DNA of 61,749 nucleotides from an uncultured Candidatus Poseidoniales archaeon (lineage in GTDB: Archaea; Thermoplasmatota; Poseidoniia; Poseidoniales; Thalassarchaeaceae): positions 1-61,749 of the forward strand of contig CAZMVZ010000005.1 of the NCBI GenBank assembly GCA_964570065.1, in the 5' to 3' direction. The translations under genes and the position numbers were made by a program. Below, in pieces: positions 8,179-16,613 of this stretch (positions are counted from its first letter, which is position 1; the number at the start of each line of letters is the position of its first letter). A model generated the notes under the pieces. The model saw only the letters and a program-made list of their open reading frames with translations, had not been told where the DNA came from and made no database searches.

Positions 8179-10806
8179 ATGTCAGATACTTCCTCCGTCG
8201 ATCGGAAAAAAACCCCAAGAAAAATTAGAAGTAAACATCGAAGAAGGCTGCTCTCGATTCTCGCTCAGGGCGAAGCGACCGTATCCGAGCTTTCCCTCAG
8301 GTCTAATCTAAGGATGCCTCACGTTTCTGCTGAAGTAAAGAGGATGAGGGATGATGGCTTAGCAACCAGTGACCTTCCCCCTGGTTCTAGAGGGGCTAGA
8401 ATTAGGCTAACCGAGAGTGGGTGGGGTATTCTGGAGGATGACGAGTGGTCGAAAATATTGGAATTACAAGATCTACCCGTAGATAGGGATAGCTGCTGTG
8501 TTCTTACCAGGGATGAAGAAAATCTAACTCTGTGTTTTTTGAGTACTCCAAGGGAAACAATGGTGCAGATTCCAAACCGCATCCAGAAACCTTCGCTAGA
8601 TAACGAAATGTCCACCAGAAATCAAGGGGTGTCATGGAATTGGGCCGTTCTCTCTGAACGCTCACCCAGGTGGTTTGATTTTAGAAAAATGGAGGTCCTA
8701 GATTCTCCGCCAGAATTAGCAGGGCCGGGAAGTATTGACGCCTATTCAGAGAAACCCCCAATTATCGGAGTGGTTAGGGCTAAATTACTCGAGAAAAACA
8801 CTACTCCAATCATTTCCCCAGGAGATTGGTTCACCCAACCTCATCAAATCCAACGCGCACCACTGGATGAGCGTACCTACCACAGAGGGGACTGGATTCT
8901 AGGTTCGCCACACAGAAAATCTCCCGATATCAGGCCTTCCCAGCCAGTTGCTGCCATAATTAAGGAGAGACTTCCAAGGTCTGTTCTTCTTAGATCAGCT
9001 AGGGTAAATTCTCTCTTACTCGCAGATTTGAGCGGTTTGGATATGGAGGGGGGCGAGTATCCAATAGGGGCTCTGGATTATTGGATCGAGATTGCTCACC
9101 CAAGATTGACAGAAACAGAGAGGAATAGGAGGTTGATATCCCTCAAGGATAGAATTTCCACCTCCAGGAGAACTAAGGTTGAGGAATCGACACTTAGGAA
9201 ATTCCGAAAGGAATGGGGGGATAGAAATTTCTCCAGCGACGAGTCAATAATCAGATCCATTGATTTGAGGGGGCTTGGAAAGTCTGTAACAGAGTCCCTA
9301 ATTAGATGGTCTATAGGTAGGAATGACAAACCCCTGGTAGTTGAACTTCAGCATCAAATGCCTGATTCAATGTTGTCTAAAATAGCATCAGATTCAAATC
9401 TAAGATTGGTTATAATGGAAAAGACTTCCAATCACTTTTCTTCTTTCGATATCCTGAAGATCGATCCAATTAGGACTCTGCCTTGGTTGAGTTACCAAAC
9501 AAGCTCGGGAGCAACGATTCCAGTCAGAATGATAGAGCAGGGGGAATCAACAATAGATTATCCCGAAGAGGATGCGAGTAAAACAATCTCTCCTTGGGAA
9601 ATATTGGACATCTCCTCATCAAATGAAGAATTTGAACATGTAATCGACCCTTCTTCTGAATCGATAGTTAGGTCGGCATTATCCCAATTTCCCCATGGGG
9701 ATGAAGAATGGGCAAACCAAATGGAGGCGAGATATCCACTTGCAGCATGGATCGCATCCCCCAGAGAAACCAGATGGCAAAGATGGCAGCGCGTCTCATC
9801 AAGATTAGAATCAGAGTGGATGGCACTCTTAGATCTGGATTATCTGCCAATAGAGAGAATTTCTGAACTTGCAGACCAAGCCCCAGAATCAGTAAAGCAG
9901 GTTTTCTCTGAGACTATCACATCAAAACTTAGGGCGGATCCGGACAATCTTCTCAGATCCTGGCCAGCGATTGATCCAAACCATGCAAATAGTGGGGCAG
10001 CATGGCTTGCTTCGCACTTTATCCAGAACTCAGCTTGGCTCCCTAGAGAGGCTTATTCGGATATTCTTGGTTGGGCCGTCGAGGCTTGGCTTTCTCATCC
10101 TCCTCACGAATCTCTCGGAGCTCTCACCGGCCTCAAGTGGTTATATGGGGTCGAAAAAAAATCTCAAGAAGACCTCAACAGAATCATGCTTAGAATCAGA
10201 GATGTCGGTTCAGAACTCCCCGAGGGGCATCATCTAAACACGTGGTCAAGGCTCTACGACCTTTCTTCAGGAAAAAGAGAAAATAATCTAGATGATATTG
10301 CTCTATTTATCCGTGATCTCCCCAATTCGTGGTGGGCCCCATTCTCCTCAGAATTCCTAATCATGATTTTGAATAGTCATGAAGCTGGGGATTACCTAGA
10401 ATTAGAAATCCCATGGTGTTCAGCAGTTCTCCGTCCAATAGGTGAGATTTCCGAGGCCCCCGGTCTCTCCTCGATAAGACATAAGGGGTGCGATGTTGGA
10501 TTATTGTCACACCTGCAGTCATTCATACGAAAACTCCCCGAGATCCACGATTCCATCTCTTTCAATCATCTTTGGGATTTACTCAATGCCATGGAATCTG
10601 CAATAGCCAATAGAACACCTTTGTCCGGGCGATCTCACAAATTCTCTGGATGGTTGGCTCAGCCCGAAGATAAATGGCCAGATTTCACAATGAAGATGAT
10701 GATGGATGGAGATGTCAATATCTCACAGAGACTAATCTTGGGCAAGTCCGGTTTCCATTCAGGACTAGCAGAAATAGATGATTTTTCCAAACCGTTGGGT
10801 TCTTGA
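8179..10806 (+). CDS. large hypothetical protein with N-terminal winged-helix (ArsR/MarR-like) domain
   Basis: N-terminus RRRLLSILAQGEATVSELSLRSNLRMPHVSAEVKRMRDDGLATSD...ARIRLTESG. The remaining ~780 aa have no recognisable motif (Trp-rich helical C-terminus). ATG at 8179 directly follows the track TTG at 8176. Sampled lines run 30-48% GC (estimate ~42%). Confidence 0.7.
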   Translation: MSDTSSVDRKKTPRKIRSKHRRRLLSILAQGEATVSELSLRSNLRMPHVSAEVKRMRDDGLATSDLPPGSRGARIRLTESGWGILEDDEWSKILELQDLPVDRDSCCVLTRDEENLTLCFLSTPRETMVQIPNRIQKPSLDNEMSTRNQGVSWNWAVLSERSPRWFDFRKMEVLDSPPELAGPGSIDAYSEKPPIIGVVRAKLLEKNTTPIISPGDWFTQPHQIQRAPLDERTYHRGDWILGSPHRKSPDIRPSQPVAAIIKERLPRSVLLRSARVNSLLLADLSGLDMEGGEYPIGALDYWIEIAHPRLTETERNRRLISLKDRISTSRRTKVEESTLRKFRKEWGDRNFSSDESIIRSIDLRGLGKSVTESLIRWSIGRNDKPLVVELQHQMPDSMLSKIASDSNLRLVIMEKTSNHFSSFDILKIDPIRTLPWLSYQTSSGATIPVRMIEQGESTIDYPEEDASKTISPWEILDISSSNEEFEHVIDPSSESIVRSALSQFPHGDEEWANQMEARYPLAAWIASPRETRWQRWQRVSSRLESEWMALLDLDYLPIERISELADQAPESVKQVFSETITSKLRADPDNLLRSWPAIDPNHANSGAAWLASHFIQNSAWLPREAYSDILGWAVEAWLSHPPHESLGALTGLKWLYGVEKKSQEDLNRIMLRIRDVGSELPEGHHLNTWSRLYDLSSGKRENNLDDIALFIRDLPNSWWAPFSSEFLIMILNSHEAGDYLELEIPWCSAVLRPIGEISEAPGLSSIRHKGCDVGLLSHLQSFIRKLPEIHDSISFNHLWDLLNAMESAIANRTPLSGRSHKFSGWLAQPEDKWPDFTMKMMMDGDVNISQRLILGKSGFHSGLAEIDDFSKPLGS

Positions 10807-10807
10807 G

Positions 10808-11130
10808 CGAATCTACCTGCGGAGTATTGCCCAACAGGCAACACCGTGTGGACGAAACCCCCACGCCGGAGGTAGAGGATGAAACACGGTACCACTGATT
10901 GGGTGACCATCCGTCGAAGACCATCGAGACTCTTCCGAGAGAATGATCGTTGGCGCAAATCGGGTGGCCGGATTGCGTAGGTCCCCTGAGGACGGAATAG
11001 AATGAATCAAGGGACTACCCCGCAGTTCGACAGACGTCCCGGGGTGGGTCAGGCGCCTGAGCAAAGCAGTGAAGGTGGCCGTTACGCCCCGGGGCACACT
11101 AAGATAGAACGGCCCCAATAGGTAGGAAGA
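10808..11130 (+). ncRNA. structured ncRNA; candidates SRP (7S) RNA or RNase P RNA (identity unresolved)
   Basis: 326-nt gap with no credible ORF, richer in GC than its neighbours. Terminal pairing CUACCU (10813-18) / AGGUAG (11120-25). Long-range helix 10817-10832 / 11011-11025. Several local hairpins. GGUCAGG...AGCAG..AAGG (11047-11075) resembles the SRP helix 8 consensus. AT-rich TATA-like patch at 10772-10786. Confidence 0.5.
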
Positions 11131-11132
11131 CG

Positions 11133-12155
11133 ATGCACGGAATCGGACTAATTGGCGGAACCTTCGATAGATTTCATTCAGGACACATGTCACTTATCGA
11201 AACCGGTCTTTCTCATTGTGAGAAGATTCAGGTATGGATGACAAACGATGAGATAGCCCAATCAAAGGATAACCGAATTAAGAAATGGGATGAAAGAAAG
11301 TCCGATTTGGAAAGCGCCACGTCTGAACACTCTTCCAGGATTTCTATTCACTTACTTAGTGATAAATTCGGTCCAGCACTCGAAACTAGCCATGCCACCG
11401 CAATAATTTGCTCTAATGAGACAATGTCTAGTTGCCTAGAAATAAACTCACAGAGGCGGGAAAGTAATCTTGAGCCATTGGATCTGATCCTCGCGGAAAG
11501 CGTTTTTTCCTGGAACGGAAAAACAATCTCGAGTTCCCAAATTAGGGCAGGTTCGATGGACAGGGAAGGAAAACCATGGGTCCCTCGAAAAATAACTGAT
11601 TCTGATGCAAGGATTACTCCTCGAGTAGAATCAGAACTAAAGCAACCCTTTGGGAAACTAATTGAGGGGCCCGAAGAAGATACTTCAATTGCGATAAAAG
11701 AAGCACTCTCCTACATCTTGGAAACTCCAGATTTCAATGGTCTGTTAATTGCAGTTGGAGATGTAACTGTTCTCGGCTTCCAGAGGGCAGGTAGGACTGC
11801 CGATCTGGCATTTATTGATGGCCAAACCAAGCGTTCTCACTGGGCCAGTAGTAGCGAGATTAATCAAGACCTTTATGATAACATCATTGAGTGCAATAGT
11901 CCAGCAGGATCGTTGTCAAACTCACTTCTTGAGGCTTGTAGGGAATCAGTATCTTCATGGCTAGAAAATGGTGATAGCAGCCTCATCATTGTCACAGGTG
12001 AAGAAGATCTTGCACCATTGCTTTTGCACCCTCTGGCCCCCATTGGTTCAGCAGTAGTCTACGGCCAACCCGGCAAGGGCGTTGTAGTTAGGTGGTGCGA
12101 CGAGGAATCCAAGGATAGATGTAGAAATCTGTTATTGGATTTCGAAGTCGATTAA
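11133..12155 (+). CDS. bifunctional phosphopantetheine adenylyltransferase (archaeal type) / GTP-dependent dephospho-CoA kinase (DUF359 type) fusion
   Basis: N-terminal half: GGTFDRFHSGHMSLI...KTISSSQIRAG (archaeal PPAT). C-terminal half: LKQPFGKLIEG...IAVGDVTVLGF...LAFIDGQTKR...NSPAGSL...IIVTGEEDLAPLLL...VVYGQPGKGVVV (DUF359 pattern). Confidence 0.8.
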   Translation: MHGIGLIGGTFDRFHSGHMSLIETGLSHCEKIQVWMTNDEIAQSKDNRIKKWDERKSDLESATSEHSSRISIHLLSDKFGPALETSHATAIICSNETMSSCLEINSQRRESNLEPLDLILAESVFSWNGKTISSSQIRAGSMDREGKPWVPRKITDSDARITPRVESELKQPFGKLIEGPEEDTSIAIKEALSYILETPDFNGLLIAVGDVTVLGFQRAGRTADLAFIDGQTKRSHWASSSEINQDLYDNIIECNSPAGSLSNSLLEACRESVSSWLENGDSSLIIVTGEEDLAPLLLHPLAPIGSAVVYGQPGKGVVVRWCDEESKDRCRNLLLDFEVD

Positions 12156-12688
12156 TTATCTAACTTAGCATCCTGGACCCAATTCAGACCGACCCCGACC
12201 ATCACAAAGGAAATCATAACTGAGTAAACTCCTGGATCAACCCATGTTGATTCCAATGTACTCCATACCAAGTAATAAGCAGCCCCTGAAACAATCATCC
12301 AACTAGAGAAGGTTCTTCCAAGACCATCCTTGGTGGAAAAAAGACTAGTAAAAACCCTATCCCGAGGCAACCCGGTGAACCAACCACGAAAACCATCCTC
12401 TCTGGCTGAACCCATTCCCATTACCCCAGCAGCAATGAGTAAAGAACTCAGTATAACGAATAGAATATCATCCGGAAACGACAATGCAATCTCATGTACT
12501 GAATTGGTCTCATCGCCATTGGTTATGAAATCAATCCAATTCACCCTTCTGCCACTTGAATAGGCACCAAATGCAATATTCACTACCGTAAGAAAAGCCA
12601 TCCAAACTCCAACAATAAATGATCCAGCCGATAGGGTGCTACTAGGCCTCATCAGAGATCCCATCCATTCTCGGTCAGCCTCTGACAT
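12152..12688 (-). CDS. hypothetical integral membrane protein
   Basis: 178 aa with about five hydrophobic segments. Its stop overlaps the convergent gene's stop by 4 nt. Confidence 0.55.
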   Translation of the reverse strand: MSEADREWMGSLMRPSSTLSAGSFIVGVWMAFLTVVNIAFGAYSSGRRVNWIDFITNGDETNSVHEIALSFPDDILFVILSSLLIAAGVMGMGSAREDGFRGWFTGLPRDRVFTSLFSTKDGLGRTFSSWMIVSGAAYYLVWSTLESTWVDPGVYSVMISFVMVGVGLNWVQDAKLDN

Positions 12689-12735
12689 CGAGCCGCCGTA
12701 CTGAAGCCTCGGTTTAACCGTTGCCGGGACAAAAC

Positions 12736-13974
12736 CTAGAGGTGGCCCTGAAGATTGTACTTGGCCATCGACGCCTCATTTACCATTGGTTCACTCTCAC
12801 TCATCAGACTAATCGCATCAATTGCTTTTGGGATCGCTGAGTTAACCTGCTTGCTCCTTCCTCCCCTTCCCTTGCTAACATTCCTAGCCATAATCAGACC
12901 CATTGTGTCAAGCTCGTTAAGTAATGAAGAAACCCTTCTTGTGGTCAGTGGCTCGGTCCCAATCTTCGAGCAGGCTTCAGAATATGTTCTGTACACCTCG
13001 CCTGTGGAAATATTCCTCAACCCGTTTTCTTCATTTAGACAAATCGAGAAAAGAACTAACTTTTGATGAAGGGGGAGAGTCTTGATTACTGGGGTAACCT
13101 GATCATATTCTAACTGGCTTTGTGCCAATCTAACATGCTTGGTATCCACATTCCCTTGTGCCCTTTGCTCTGCCTTTTGGACAGAGATTCTTAGAAGATC
13201 CAAAGCCCTCCTCGCATCCCCATGTTCTTGGGCGGCTAGAGCAGAACAAAGCCTGATAACTCCATCATCGAGAACCCCTTCTTTGATTCCCATCGATGCC
13301 CTCTCATTCAAAATGTTCTGAATTTCAGTTGCCACATATGGGTGGAAGACAATATCCTCCTGACTCAGCCTCGAGCTCACACGTGGATCTAAGTGCTGAG
13401 TAAAGTGCAGATCGTTACTGATGCCGATAATGGAGCACCTCCCATTCCCTAGCAATGTGTTCAGGCTAGTAAGTGCATAAAGAAGATCATCCCCGCCTTT
13501 ATCGACTAGATTGTCAACTTCATCAAGCACGATAATGTGCACCCCTCCGACCCTGCTCATCCTTGAAACGACAGTCTCCAGGACACGGTCCGTAGGCCAT
13601 CCAGTGAATGGTACCGGAACATCTCCTCTCTGTGCTAATTGAGTTGCAATAGTTTGAACAACTCTATATTTTGTGTCAACATTCCTGCAATTGATTTCGT
13701 AGGTCTTTACGGTCTGACCCATCTCCAGTCCTTTTTCCCTTAGTTGACTTAGGACGAATCTTGTTACCACGGTTTTACCCGACCCAGGAACCCCATAGAG
13801 GAGCATATTCGATGGGATATGGCCATTTAACGCGTCAACAAGATTTCGAACTAGAGAATCCACTTCATGTTCCCTGTGGGGGAGGCGAGCCGGTTCGAAT
13901 GCGTGATCAAAGGCCTTTCTGTCGACAAACAGACTATCCTGACCGAGAATCTCTTCGAAAATATTTCCCCTCAT
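12736..13974 (-). CDS. cdc6: Orc1/Cdc6 replication initiator (AAA+ plus C-terminal winged helix)
   Basis: Walker A LLYGVPGSGKTVV, Walker B HIIVLDEVDNL, sensor GISND, and C-terminal wH TGEVYRTYSEACSKIGTEPLTTRRVSSLLNELDTMGLI. Confidence 0.95.
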   Translation of the reverse strand: MRGNIFEEILGQDSLFVDRKAFDHAFEPARLPHREHEVDSLVRNLVDALNGHIPSNMLLYGVPGSGKTVVTRFVLSQLREKGLEMGQTVKTYEINCRNVDTKYRVVQTIATQLAQRGDVPVPFTGWPTDRVLETVVSRMSRVGGVHIIVLDEVDNLVDKGGDDLLYALTSLNTLLGNGRCSIIGISNDLHFTQHLDPRVSSRLSQEDIVFHPYVATEIQNILNERASMGIKEGVLDDGVIRLCSALAAQEHGDARRALDLLRISVQKAEQRAQGNVDTKHVRLAQSQLEYDQVTPVIKTLPLHQKLVLFSICLNEENGLRNISTGEVYRTYSEACSKIGTEPLTTRRVSSLLNELDTMGLIMARNVSKGRGGRSKQVNSAIPKAIDAISLMSESEPMVNEASMAKYNLQGHL

Positions 13975-14046
13975 TTTTTTTCACTTCGGTAAAACCATTA
14001 CGAAATTGCATTCTACCCCCCCATTGGGTTGATTGCTTCTCGTGAG

Positions 14047-14060
14047 GTTTCCACAGCGAC
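14047..14060 (+). repeat. ORB-like box GTTTCCACAGCGAC
   Basis: Read directly. Shares the TTTCCACAnCG core with the box at 14214-14228. Confidence 0.45.
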
Positions 14061-14213
14061 TATGTTTGTGGTAATAAGAGTGACTCGCTCCGTCAAATAA
14101 TAATCATGTTTTGATAACAATATTATACAATTCTCTCCTTAGTCATTTTTTACATCAGATATGTAATGAGATATAATTCAGTATCGTCTTTTTCTTTAAT
14201 TATTACCAGTGTA

Positions 14214-14228
14214 TTTTCCACATCGGTA
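14214..14228 (+). repeat. ORB-like box TTTTCCACATCGGTA
   Basis: Read directly. Same orientation as the 14047 box, on the far side of the AT-rich core. A weaker copy, TTTTCCAACAAG, lies at 14243-14254. Confidence 0.45.
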
Positions 14229-14376
14229 GAAGAGAAATTTTGTTTTCCAACAAGTAAACACGACATTTCAATTTTATCTCCCCGAGCTAAGCATCAGGAT
14301 CTGCAATAGTTTGCCCAAAATCAGATTTGGCAGTTCCGATATCAATTCAGATATATATAATGGAAAACTTATTCTC

Positions 14377-15177
14377 TCAATTATTAACAGTAAAATTTCC
14401 AGAATCATCTATTTCTATACTATCCCCGTCATTCAATTGGACGATATCAATAGGCAATTCTGGAATTTCGAAACCAGACTTACTATTGGGGGACTTTGCA
14501 TAGTTGTGGGTAACCAGAACCTTCGCTTCTGGAAACCTTTCATTGAATGAGACTACATCCGAAGGCCGGTGATGATGGGGAAAGTCACCAATGTCTGGCA
14601 CCCCCATCTCCAAAATTACCACATCAACCTTATCAGCCCGACTTTCAATCTCCGGACACGGACCAGAATCACCACAGTGGAGAAGGCGAAAACCACTTTC
14701 ATGTTCCAATTCATATCCATGAGGGTCTGTCTCGGGAGTGTGATGTACTGGAAACCTGTCATACTTCCATCCTGAGCCCCCAATAATTGCTGACTCCTCT
14801 TCATTCCAATCTACTCTTCCTTCAAGAGAATCATCAAGGCTTCCCGGGAACCCCATCTCACAGAGTGTCGACAGATACTTTCTCCCCCTCGGACGAAGAT
14901 GAACTTCCAAATTCTCCTCTCCCTTGGGATCCGAGAGAAATTTCCTATCTAGAAGTAAGAATGGGAATCCGAAGGAATGATCTCCGTGCCAATGTGTGAA
15001 AAGAATATGCTGCAATTGTCCAGGAGATACACCTGCTCTTCTTAGTTGAGTGACAACGGTCGGAGGAGTATCAATTAGGATCCGATCATCAATAAGCGCC
15101 AAAGCATGCATTCTTCCGGGAGGGGAGAAAGCATTCCCAGTGCCGAGGAAGTCTATGCGCGCCACATGTTCCGACAT
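14377..15177 (-). CDS. MBL-fold metallo-hydrolase (RNase Z / beta-lactamase superfamily)
   Basis: HILFTHWHGDHSFGF contains the HxHxDH zinc motif, with HCGDSG and later His residues. Confidence 0.8.
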   Translation of the reverse strand: MSEHVARIDFLGTGNAFSPPGRMHALALIDDRILIDTPPTVVTQLRRAGVSPGQLQHILFTHWHGDHSFGFPFLLLDRKFLSDPKGEENLEVHLRPRGRKYLSTLCEMGFPGSLDDSLEGRVDWNEEESAIIGGSGWKYDRFPVHHTPETDPHGYELEHESGFRLLHCGDSGPCPEIESRADKVDVVILEMGVPDIGDFPHHHRPSDVVSFNERFPEAKVLVTHNYAKSPNSKSGFEIPELPIDIVQLNDGDSIEIDDSGNFTVNN

Positions 15178-15275
15178 GCGTCTTCTGACTTGACCCCATC
15201 GTTTGTTGCGGTGTCGTCATTACTATACGCATTTGTTCATATATCCTAGTTAAGTCGGAAATATCGGGGATATGG

Positions 15276-16571
15276 ATGACAGGCAAGTCGACTAAATCTG
15301 AGTGGTCCGCTAAGAACCCTTATTTCACAAACATTTCAGAAAATTATGTCCTAAATGGCGAGTCCTCGAAGAAGGAAACCCGGCATATCGTATTCAATCT
15401 GGGAGATTCTGGATTGGAGTACAAAGCAGGAGATGCATTAGGAGTAGTTCCAAAGTGTCCTCCCGAGGTAGTTGAGCAGATGTTGCAGATTTGTGGATTC
15501 ACAGGGGAGGAAGAAGTAGAAACAAACCTGGGCCAATGTCCACTAAGGGAGGCATTGACAGATAGATACGAGACTCACCGAGTTTCAAAGAAGTGGCTAA
15601 AGGGCATCGCAGAAAGAAAAGGCGATCCTCCTGCCAAATTGGAGATGAGAATCACCTCAAGGAAGCGTATCTCCTCCCTCAATGGGACGATGATTCTTGA
15701 CTGGGAAGCCAGTAGTGAACAAGACATACCAGAGGGATATGTGGAAATGGGAGAAGTCGGAGATAATTCTGCGATACTATTGCAGGAACTAATCTCAAAT
15801 AATGATGCAATGGAAGATTACATTTGGTCTAGGGATTATGTCGACGCATTGGGCGATTTCATTGGTTTTGGCTTTACTCCGCAGCAATTGTTGGAAGGGA
15901 TGGATAGGCTGAAACCACGGCTGTATTCGATTGCTAGCAGCCCCGATTTTGAGAAGGGAACAGTCCATCTGACCGTGGCAATAGTCAGGTATAACCACCA
16001 TGGTAGGGATAGGACCGGCCTTTGCACTGGATTCATGGCCGATAGATGCGAGATCGACAAAACACAGATTGGAGTTTACATGTCTCCAACACGGTCATTT
16101 GTACTCCCAGAGGATGGTAGCAAGGATGCGATTATGATTGGCCCAGGAACTGGAATTGCTCCATTCAGAGCTTTCCTTCAGCAGAGAGAGATAAACAAGG
16201 ATTCGGGTAGGAACTGGCTCTTCTTCGGAGACTGGACAGAGGAAGGCGAATACCTCTATCGCGATGAGATGGATGTCTGGAAAGAAAAAGGAGTAATTTC
16301 GAAACACGACTTGGCTTGGTCACGCCAAGGATCTGAGAAGGTTTACGTTCAGCATTTGATGAAGAAGAATGGCGAAGAAATATGGAATTGGATTGAAGGT
16401 GGGACATATTTCTACGTTTGTGGCGATAAACAGTACATGGCCAAAGATGTCCACTCCACTCTAATTAATATCTGTTCAGAATATGGGGGGATGTCTCCTG
16501 AAGAGGCTAAGGATTTCGTTGAGAGCGGTTTGATGAAATCCGAGAAGAGATATCTGCGAGACGTATATTGA
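15276..16571 (+). CDS. FAD/NADPH-binding oxidoreductase, CysJ / cytochrome P450 reductase C-terminal type (no flavodoxin domain)
   Basis: RLYSIASSP (FAD), GPGTGIAPFRAF (NADPH), YFYVCGD, and C-terminal EKRYLRDVY. Confidence 0.8.
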   Translation: MTGKSTKSEWSAKNPYFTNISENYVLNGESSKKETRHIVFNLGDSGLEYKAGDALGVVPKCPPEVVEQMLQICGFTGEEEVETNLGQCPLREALTDRYETHRVSKKWLKGIAERKGDPPAKLEMRITSRKRISSLNGTMILDWEASSEQDIPEGYVEMGEVGDNSAILLQELISNNDAMEDYIWSRDYVDALGDFIGFGFTPQQLLEGMDRLKPRLYSIASSPDFEKGTVHLTVAIVRYNHHGRDRTGLCTGFMADRCEIDKTQIGVYMSPTRSFVLPEDGSKDAIMIGPGTGIAPFRAFLQQREINKDSGRNWLFFGDWTEEGEYLYRDEMDVWKEKGVISKHDLAWSRQGSEKVYVQHLMKKNGEEIWNWIEGGTYFYVCGDKQYMAKDVHSTLINICSEYGGMSPEEAKDFVESGLMKSEKRYLRDVY

Positions 16572-16613
16572 GAAGCCGATTCACTCAAACGAAGGTGCAC
16601 CTAGCATAGTAAT

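Larger units (their letters stand above)
13975..14376. other. putative replication origin (oriC) adjacent to orc1/cdc6: ORB-like boxes flanking an AT-rich unwinding region
   Basis: 402-bp non-coding gap directly upstream of orc1/cdc6. Roughly 75% AT core at about 14090-14210. TTTCCAC-type boxes at 14047-14060, 14214-14228 and 14243-14254, and an inverted TGGAAAAC at 14361-14368. C7 run at 14015-14022. Confidence 0.6.

Noticed and set aside
11049-11060. Perfect 12-bp palindrome TCAGGCGCCTGA, together with the CCCCGGGG palindrome at 11087-94, as possible protein-binding or restriction-type sites
   Set aside because: They lie inside the putative structured RNA, where self-complementarity is expected. 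There is no adjacent methylase or endonuclease gene.
10813-11193. 126-aa minus-strand ORF (and 10659-10958, 10715-10924) across the 10.8-11.1 kb gap
   Set aside because: Arg/Pro/Ser-rich composition typical of GC-rich non-coding sequence read out of frame. It overlaps the start of the PPAT-DPCK gene. The region is better explained as structured RNA.
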